This document shows positions 42,242 to 47,466 of a stretch of 47,466 nt of DNA, piece after piece. The stretch's first letter is position 1. Every line of letters begins with the position of its first letter. Under the pieces are notes generated by a model. The model saw only the letters and a list, made by a program, of their open reading frames with translations, had not been told where the DNA came from and did no database searches. The stretch is from Acidobacteriota bacterium (GTDB taxonomy: Bacteria; Acidobacteriota; UBA890), in assembly GCA_050114655.1 (NCBI GenBank), contig JASFRZ010000001.1, forward strand, positions 1 through 47,466. The letters are read 5' to 3'. Made by a program: the position numbers and the translations under genes.

Positions 42242-43018
42242 TCAGCGCTGCCAGTCCGGCTTGCCAGCGTAGACGCTGCGGTAGTAGGCGGCGCGCTCGA
42301 GGCGGATCGCGGCGGCCTCGTCGAGAATTACCTTGGTGGCGGGATGCATCTGCAGGATCGACGCCGGCACGCTGGCGGTGATCGGCCCCTCGAGCGCGCG
42401 CGCCACCGCCCGCGCCTTGCGCTCGCCGAAGGCCAGCAGCACCACCTCGCGGGTGTCCATGATCGTGCCGATGCCCATGGTGATGACGTGGCGCGGCATC
42501 TCGGCGCCGGCGAAGGTTGCGGCGTTGTCCCGGCGCGTCTGCTCGGTGAGCGTCTTGATGCGGGTGCGCGACGACAGTGACGACGACGGCTCGTTGAAGC
42601 CGATGTGACCATCGGCGCCGATGCCGAGGAGCTGCAGGTCGATACCGCCGGCGTCGACGATGGCCCGCTCGTAAGCTTCGCAGTGTGTCGGGATGTCGGC
42701 GACCAGGCCGTCGGGGAGGTGGGTTCGCGCCGGGTCGAGGTTGACGTGATCAAACAGGCTGTCGCGCATGGCACGGTGGAATGAGCCCGGGTGGTCCGGC
42801 GCCACGCCGACGTACTCGTCGAGGTTGAACGTGGTGGCGCGGCTGAAGTCGAGGCCGTCCTCGTCATGGCAGCGCGCGAGCTCGTCGTACACTCCCTGCG
42901 GGCTGCGTCCGGTGGCGAGGCCGAGTACCGCGTCGGGCCGGGCACGGAGCAGGCGCACGATGCGCTGCGCCGCCAGCTCGGTGGCCTCGCGCTCGCTCGG
43001 CTGGATGATGATCTCCAC
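42242..43018 (-). CDS. nagB: Glucosamine-6-phosphate deaminase
   Basis: GTG 43018 (VEIIIQPSE...). LGLATGRSPQGVY...TFNLDEYVG...LQLLGIGADGHIGFNEPSSS...ITMGIGTIMDTREVVLLAFGERKA. Confidence 0.9.
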   Translation of the reverse strand: MEIIIQPSEREATELAAQRIVRLLRARPDAVLGLATGRSPQGVYDELARCHDEDGLDFSRATTFNLDEYVGVAPDHPGSFHRAMRDSLFDHVNLDPARTHLPDGLVADIPTHCEAYERAIVDAGGIDLQLLGIGADGHIGFNEPSSSLSSRTRIKTLTEQTRRDNAATFAGAEMPRHVITMGIGTIMDTREVVLLAFGERKARAVARALEGPITASVPASILQMHPATKVILDEAAAIRLERAAYYRSVYAGKPDWQR

Positions 43019-43031
43019 GATGCCTGCCTCG

Positions 43032-43895
43032 TCAGTCCTGCGCGTCTTCGCGTGTGTGCCGGTGCAGCCTTTCCGTGACATCGGCGGCAAAGCGCTCCAG
43101 CAACGATTCGACCCACTCCTCGGGGCGCGGGCCGTCAAACGCGATCAGCGGCGTCATGTCCATCGCCAGCCAGGCCTGCTCGAGGTCGTCGATGTCGTGC
43201 GACGAACGAAAGGTCGCGTTGGCCCGCCGGCGTCCGGGCGCCGCCAGATCGTAGCGCTTGCCGCCGGCGATCTGGCTGGCGAACACGCCGACCAGGCGCT
43301 CGGCGAGCTCGGGGTGCGCGCCGACGTCGAGCACCACGGCGTCCTCGTCGAGGAGCCAGTCGAGGTCCCGCCATGCCTCGCAGCCATACACCCGCTGCGG
43401 ACGTACCCCGGCCGGCAGACGGCGAAGGGCGCCGAGGGCGGCCAGCGCCACCGCCACGTGCGTATCGTGCCGATCAGTCAGCGCGTGGGTGTAGACCACG
43501 CGCGGCGCCATCCGCTCGAGAAGCCCGACGAGGTCGTCTTCGAGCTCGCGCTGCCCGGCGTCCGACTTGATCGCCGCGCTGGGGTAGCCGAGCTGTACCA
43601 TCACGCCGTACTCCCCCAGCCGCGCGGCTTCCTCCTGCTCCGCACGGCGCGCGGCGATCATCTGCTCGTCGCTGAAGCCCGCGAATGCGCCGGCGCGCGG
43701 GCTGCCGGCGCCGTCGGTGCAGGTGATGCCGCCGAACCACCGGTGGCCATCGCCGTAGCAGCGCGCGATGCCGTGGTAGGCGATGATCTCCAGGTCGTCC
43801 TGGTGCGCGCCGATACCGAGGTGGCTGATGCGCCGCAGGGCGGTCTCTTCGGGCTCGCCGTCGGGCACGAAGGTGGTCCGGGACGGGGATGTCAT
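43032..43895 (-). CDS. PIG-L/LmbE-family de-N-acetylase
   Basis: ISHLGIGAHQDDLEIIAYHG... and HALTDRHDTHVAVALA fit the PIG-L metal-site pattern. It lies 13 nt upstream of nagB on the same strand. Confidence 0.75.
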   Translation of the reverse strand: MTSPSRTTFVPDGEPEETALRRISHLGIGAHQDDLEIIAYHGIARCYGDGHRWFGGITCTDGAGSPRAGAFAGFSDEQMIAARRAEQEEAARLGEYGVMVQLGYPSAAIKSDAGQRELEDDLVGLLERMAPRVVYTHALTDRHDTHVAVALAALGALRRLPAGVRPQRVYGCEAWRDLDWLLDEDAVVLDVGAHPELAERLVGVFASQIAGGKRYDLAAPGRRRANATFRSSHDIDDLEQAWLAMDMTPLIAFDGPRPEEWVESLLERFAADVTERLHRHTREDAQD

Positions 43896-43896
43896 G

Positions 43897-43916
43897 GGCG
43901 GGAGTATACTCGCGCC
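43897..43916. promoter_or_regulatory. 20-bp palindrome in a 45-bp divergent spacer, with a -10-like TATACT readable on both strands
   Basis: GGCGGGAGTATACTCGCGCC: the core GAGTATACTC (43902-43911) is perfect, and the outer arms pair except one position. The minus-strand TATACT ends 7 nt before the PIG-L ATG. Confidence 0.4.
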
Positions 43917-43940
43917 GAACCCGAATCCTCCGACCCCCCG

Positions 43941-46499
43941 ATGCCCATGAAAGCACCCACGATCGTCGCCCTGCCGTCACGACCCCGGCGGCTCACAGGC
44001 CTGTTTCTTCTCGCGCTCCTGGCCATCCCCGCGCTCGCCCCGGCGCAGGCGACGCGCGTCGAGTTCCACTTGCTGCCGCCGGTCTCGACCGGTCCGATGG
44101 ATCCCGCCTTCAGCCCCGACGGGCAGTGGATCGCCTTCTCGATGCGCGGCGACATCTGGAAGGTGCCGGTGGAAGGGGGCGAAGCGATCGCCCTGACCGA
44201 GGGACCGGCATACCACTTCGAGCCGGCGTGGAGCCACGACGGCACCAGCATCGCGCTGACGTACGAGGTCGACGGTGATCTGGAGATCGGGGTCGTCGAC
44301 GCCGACGGCGGTCCGGTCCAGCGCATCACCGACAGCCCCGGATACGACCTGCAGCCGACCTGGTCCGGCGACGACCGCCAGATCTTCTTCGCTTCGCAAC
44401 GCCAGGGGAACTTCGACATCTACGTGGCGTGGCCGATGACGCCCCCCGAGCGGCGCCTGCGGGGTCCGTTCCGTGACGGGCTGCATTACGACGACCGCGG
44501 CAACCAGTTTCAGCCGTCGATCTCCCCCGACGGTGAATCGATGGTCTTCGTCTCACCCGCGCCGGGGACCCTGGGCAGCGGCGGCATCTGGACCAAGGTC
44601 GTCTTTGACGGCCGCGGCGCCGATCAGCCGGACGTGCCTGCGGAGCTGGTGCGCGCCGAGGAAACGAGCTACCGCGCCGAGCCGCGCTTCTCGGCCGACG
44701 GCTCGTCGATCTTCTACTCCACCGACGTCGCCGGAAACAACGACATCGCGTTGGTGTCGGTGAACGGCGGCGACCCGGTGCGCCTGACCAGCGCGCCGTC
44801 CGACGAGTTCGGCGTCGCGGTCAGCCCCGACGGGCAGCGCATCGCCTTCGTCTCCAACGAGGGCGGCCCGACGCGCCTTTACACCACGTCGCCGGCCGGC
44901 GGCGCGCGCAGTGCCTGGCGCGAGGTCGAGATCACCTCGCGGCGGTCGCGCGTGCCGATGGGCACGCTGCGCGGCACGGTGGTCGACGAGAACGGCGAGG
45001 TGACGCCGGCGCGCATCATGATGACCGCGTCCGACGGCCGCGCCTACACCGAAGACGGCGGCTTCCACCGCCGCGCCTGGGCCACCGAAACCGACTATCA
45101 GCACACCGACGGCACCTTCGAGATCGAAGTACCGGCGGGACCGCTGAGCATCGACGCGATGCGCGGTTTCGAGTACGTGCCGGTCACCGGCACCGTCGAC
45201 GTCCCCGCCGGCGGCTCGGCCGACATCACCCTACAGCTACAACGGGTCGGCGGGCTGGCGCCGCGCTACCTGGACGGCTGGTACTCCTCCGACATGCACG
45301 TGCACGACCTGCACGAGGGCCGCTTCGGCCTCACCGAGGAGACGTTCTTCCGCCAGCTCGAGGCCGACGACGTGCGCGTCACCAACGACCTCATCCACAT
45401 GGACGGCACCAAGCTGATGGGCCGCTGGGAGGACCTCACCGGTGAGCCCTACAGGCTCTCCGACGACAACCGCATCCTTTACTACACGCAGGAGTTTCGC
45501 GGCTCCTACGGCCACGTCGCGCTGCTCGGCTTGCAGCGCTTCATCATGCCGCTGATCGGCGGCGCCCGCGGCACGCCCTATGCGCCCGACGTGCTCAAGC
45601 TCGATTACATCGACGCGGCGCATGCGCAGGGCGGCATTGCCGGCTTCGTGCACCCCTACAACGGGCCGGTGGGTACGCCGCGCGAGGCCGCCGGCGCCGA
45701 CATTCCGGTGCACGTGGCGCTCGGCCGCGGTGACTTCTTCGACGTCATCTCGATCGCCTCGCGCGAGCTCCAGTCGGCCGAGATGTACTACCGCCTGCTC
45801 AACTGCGGCTTCCGCATCGCCGCCACCGGCGGCACCGACAACTTCTCCGACGTCTGGCTCGATCCCTCGGGAGGCACGGCGCGCGCCTACGTGCACGTCG
45901 AAGGCGCGCCGCCACTGACCTTCGGCGCCTGGCTCGACGCGGTCAAGGCGCAGCGCACCTTCGCCACCAGCGGGCCGCTGCTGTTCCTGACGGTGGGACA
46001 CGAGACGCTCACCGACGCCGTGGAGCCCGGCACGGAGATCCGCGTCACCGGAGGAGATGCGGAAGCCTTCGAGGTGCGGCTCTCCGTGGCGTCGATGGTC
46101 CCGCTCGAGCGCGTCGAGCTGCTCGTCAACGGCGACGTGGTGCACACCTGGGACGCCTCCGCGTGGGCGCTCGATCCCGCGCAAGGCATCGTCCGGGAGC
46201 TCAACGTCGACACCCCCATTGCCGGCAGCGGCTGGATCGCCGCCCGCGCGATCGGGCCGCCGAGCAAGTACGTCGGCGACGACTTCCCGTTCGTGCAGAC
46301 CAGCCCCGTATACGTGGTGCGCGACGGCGTCGCCTATACCGATCCGGACGATGCCCGCTTCCTGCTCGACACCATCAACGTGCTGTGGCAACGCGTCGAT
46401 GAGCGCGATTCGTTCGATACCCCGGCCGAGCGGCAGGCGTACCTCTACGGCATCGAGCAGGCGCGCGCCGTCTTCCAGCGCATCATCGACGGCGGCTGA
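43941..46499 (+). CDS. Secreted TolB-like beta-propeller fused to a CehA/McbA-family (PHP-like) metallohydrolase domain
   Basis: Internal ATG 43941 of ORF 42768-46499, with signal peptide LFLLALLAIPALAPAQA. Repeated P-x-F/W-S-P/x-DG motifs are TolB/WD40-like (PAFSPDGQWIAFS, PAWSHDGTSIAL, PTWSGDDRQIFF, PSISPDGESMVF, PRFSADGSSIFY, VAVSPDGQRIAF). Then WYSSDMHVHDLHE...HVALLG...GFVHP...ATGGTDNFS (His/Asp metal ligands). Confidence 0.8.
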   Translation: MPMKAPTIVALPSRPRRLTGLFLLALLAIPALAPAQATRVEFHLLPPVSTGPMDPAFSPDGQWIAFSMRGDIWKVPVEGGEAIALTEGPAYHFEPAWSHDGTSIALTYEVDGDLEIGVVDADGGPVQRITDSPGYDLQPTWSGDDRQIFFASQRQGNFDIYVAWPMTPPERRLRGPFRDGLHYDDRGNQFQPSISPDGESMVFVSPAPGTLGSGGIWTKVVFDGRGADQPDVPAELVRAEETSYRAEPRFSADGSSIFYSTDVAGNNDIALVSVNGGDPVRLTSAPSDEFGVAVSPDGQRIAFVSNEGGPTRLYTTSPAGGARSAWREVEITSRRSRVPMGTLRGTVVDENGEVTPARIMMTASDGRAYTEDGGFHRRAWATETDYQHTDGTFEIEVPAGPLSIDAMRGFEYVPVTGTVDVPAGGSADITLQLQRVGGLAPRYLDGWYSSDMHVHDLHEGRFGLTEETFFRQLEADDVRVTNDLIHMDGTKLMGRWEDLTGEPYRLSDDNRILYYTQEFRGSYGHVALLGLQRFIMPLIGGARGTPYAPDVLKLDYIDAAHAQGGIAGFVHPYNGPVGTPREAAGADIPVHVALGRGDFFDVISIASRELQSAEMYYRLLNCGFRIAATGGTDNFSDVWLDPSGGTARAYVHVEGAPPLTFGAWLDAVKAQRTFATSGPLLFLTVGHETLTDAVEPGTEIRVTGGDAEAFEVRLSVASMVPLERVELLVNGDVVHTWDASAWALDPAQGIVRELNVDTPIAGSGWIAARAIGPPSKYVGDDFPFVQTSPVYVVRDGVAYTDPDDARFLLDTINVLWQRVDERDSFDTPAERQAYLYGIEQARAVFQRIIDGG

Positions 46500-46591
46500 A
46501 GTGCGCTCGGAGGGGCAGACGGACCTTGCACCACCGCTTGTGTTCATGCATGAAGCGCCGAAGAGCAGTCTAGAGCCGTCCTTCCCCTAAG

Positions 46592-46611
46592 CGTTACCTC
46601 TCATGGTAACG
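46592..46611. promoter_or_regulatory. Inverted repeat immediately upstream of the DUF4160 gene (candidate operator)
   Basis: CGTTACC (46592-46598), a 6-nt spacer, then GGTAACG (46605-46611), ending 8 nt before the ATG at 46619. Confidence 0.4.
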
Positions 46612-46618
46612 TTTCACG

Positions 46619-46813
46619 ATGGGGAAAATTCGGCGGGGCGGCTACATCTTTCTCTCCTGGAAGGGAGATCACGGGCCTCGCCACGTGCACGTCTATCGTG
46701 ACGGAAGACTCGTCGTGAAATGGGATCTCGAGAACGCAACGCCAATGAAGGGAGCCGCCAATCGGAGACTCCTTCGCCTCATCGAGAGCCTGCAAGCGGA
46801 GGGACTATTGTGA
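46619..46813 (+). CDS. DUF4160-family small protein
   Basis: MGKIRRGGYIFLSWKGDHGPRHVHVYRDGRLVVKWDLEN matches the DUF4160 pattern (G-Y-x-F-x-F...H-x-P-x-HVHV). GC and third-position GC are lower than in the rest of the window. Confidence 0.75.
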   Translation: MGKIRRGGYIFLSWKGDHGPRHVHVYRDGRLVVKWDLENATPMKGAANRRLLRLIESLQAEGLL

Positions 46814-47466
46814 AGATCCGCGCTGTGACTGCCAACAACAGGAAGAAGGCATTCGAGGTCACGACCTCCGATCGACGGACCCTTGCGTATCCGTATGCGC
46901 GATTGGAGCAAGCACCGGGCCAAGGCGATCCCCTCAAGGACGTATTCGTCGATGCCGAGCTCGCCAAGGAAGGATTCACCTACCACCTTGCATCGGGATA
47001 CGAGGGCACGGTGCACCTCGACGAAGTCCTCGACTACAACCGCGATCCCGACTACCTCCGCGATCTCACGATCTACGACCTGACGATCCGGGCCAGAGAC
47101 AAGGTCGAGCGCAGCGACCTCAGCAAACGCGAGATCATCCGCCGGCTCGGCACGTCCGCGACCCAGTTCTATCGGCTGCTGGACCCAACCAATTACAAGA
47201 AGTCGATTGGCCAGCTCATCTCTTTGCTGGAGATCCTGGATTGCGAGGTCGAACTCGTTGTGCGGGAGACGAATGAAGAAACCCGGTTCTTGCCAGGACG
47301 CTCCGCCGACATCGGTGAGTTCAGGCTCCCCACTGGGGAGAAGTACGCGATCATGGCGTTGGAATTTCGGGAGGATCTTGCGATCGACGCGATATCGGAG
47401 GTCGCCCCCGATCTCTGGATCTCACGCGGTCTCCCGTTCCCGCTGCCAACGCATTGGACCACGTGG
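46810..47466 (+). CDS. HTH-domain protein (XRE-like), partner of DUF4160; 3' end off the right edge
   Basis: Not in the track because it is open to the edge. GTG 46810 overlaps the upstream stop (GTGA). Hand translation is open for all 219 codons: VKIRAVTANNRKKAFEVTTSDRRTLAYPYARLE...SKREIIRRLGTSATQFYRLLDPTNYKKSIGQLISLLEILDCEVELVV... (helix-turn-helix). Confidence 0.7.
   Translation, partial: MKIRAVTANNRKKAFEVTTSDRRTLAYPYARLEQAPGQGDPLKDVFVDAELAKEGFTYHLASGYEGTVHLDEVLDYNRDPDYLRDLTIYDLTIRARDKVERSDLSKREIIRRLGTSATQFYRLLDPTNYKKSIGQLISLLEILDCEVELVVRETNEETRFLPGRSADIGEFRLPTGEKYAIMALEFREDLAIDAISEVAPDLWISRGLPFPLPTHWTTW

Noticed and set aside
42768-43940. 5' 391 codons of the 1243 aa + ORF 42768-46499 (also the - ORF 45237-46547)
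   Set aside because: The upstream extension runs antisense through nagB and the PIG-L gene and has junk composition. A signal peptide begins at the internal ATG 43941. The - ORF is antisense to the metallohydrolase domain.
1-47466. Search for CRISPR arrays, tRNA/rRNA genes, IS elements, integrases, and phage or defence-system genes
   Set aside because: No regularly spaced direct repeats, no cloverleaf-sized conserved spacers (the largest non-coding gaps are ~120-210 nt and look like promoters or hairpins), and no transposase, integrase or nuclease-type ORFs were recognised. The only mobile-like signal is the low-GC DUF4160 cassette at the right edge.

Overview
47.5 kb of densely coding, high-GC bacterial chromosome. 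By eye G+C is about two-thirds to 70%, and it drops after ~46.5 kb. I support about 41 protein-coding genes (two of them partial at the window edges) and found no rRNA, tRNA, CRISPR array, transposase or integrase. In a high-GC sequence most long ORFs in the track are antisense or out-of-frame shadows, so genes were called from recognisable motifs, start/stop coupling and RBS context. Two paralogous modules bracket most of the window: a PadR regulator followed by a prefix-domain MacB/FtsX 'ADOP' permease (1-1602 and 33408-36483). This pairing is typical of Acidobacteriota-like genomes, which is an inference only. The main accessory region is a ~19 kb glycan cluster (6294-25432). It encodes a Wzm/Wzt ABC exporter with an extended Wzt, eight glycosyltransferase domains, two SAM methyltransferases and a PIG-L deacetylase fused to a GT2. 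It also holds a two-domain GNAT, a polytopic membrane protein that appears split by a frameshift, and an alkaline-phosphatase-superfamily enzyme with a Thr (NPP-like) nucleophile motif. No initiating phosphoglycosyl transferase, flippase, polymerase or ligase is recognisable. Other content: a CsgG-like secreted protein divergent from a Hanks Ser/Thr kinase; fbp plus class I fba; TonB-like, msrA, a DUF481 outer membrane protein and a BNR propeller protein. Further right are a STAS protein, an ECF sigma with a coiled-coil anti-sigma candidate, DUF2891 and pabB. A nagB-PIG-L operon lies divergent from a TolB-propeller/CehA-McbA metallohydrolase. The right edge is a lower-GC DUF4160 + HTH (toxin-antitoxin-like) pair. 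The best candidates for something undescribed are the deacetylase-GT2/GNAT/AP-superfamily/polytopic-protein part of the glycan cluster and the CsgG-like/kinase pair. All functional calls rest on motif recognition by eye; no database search was run.
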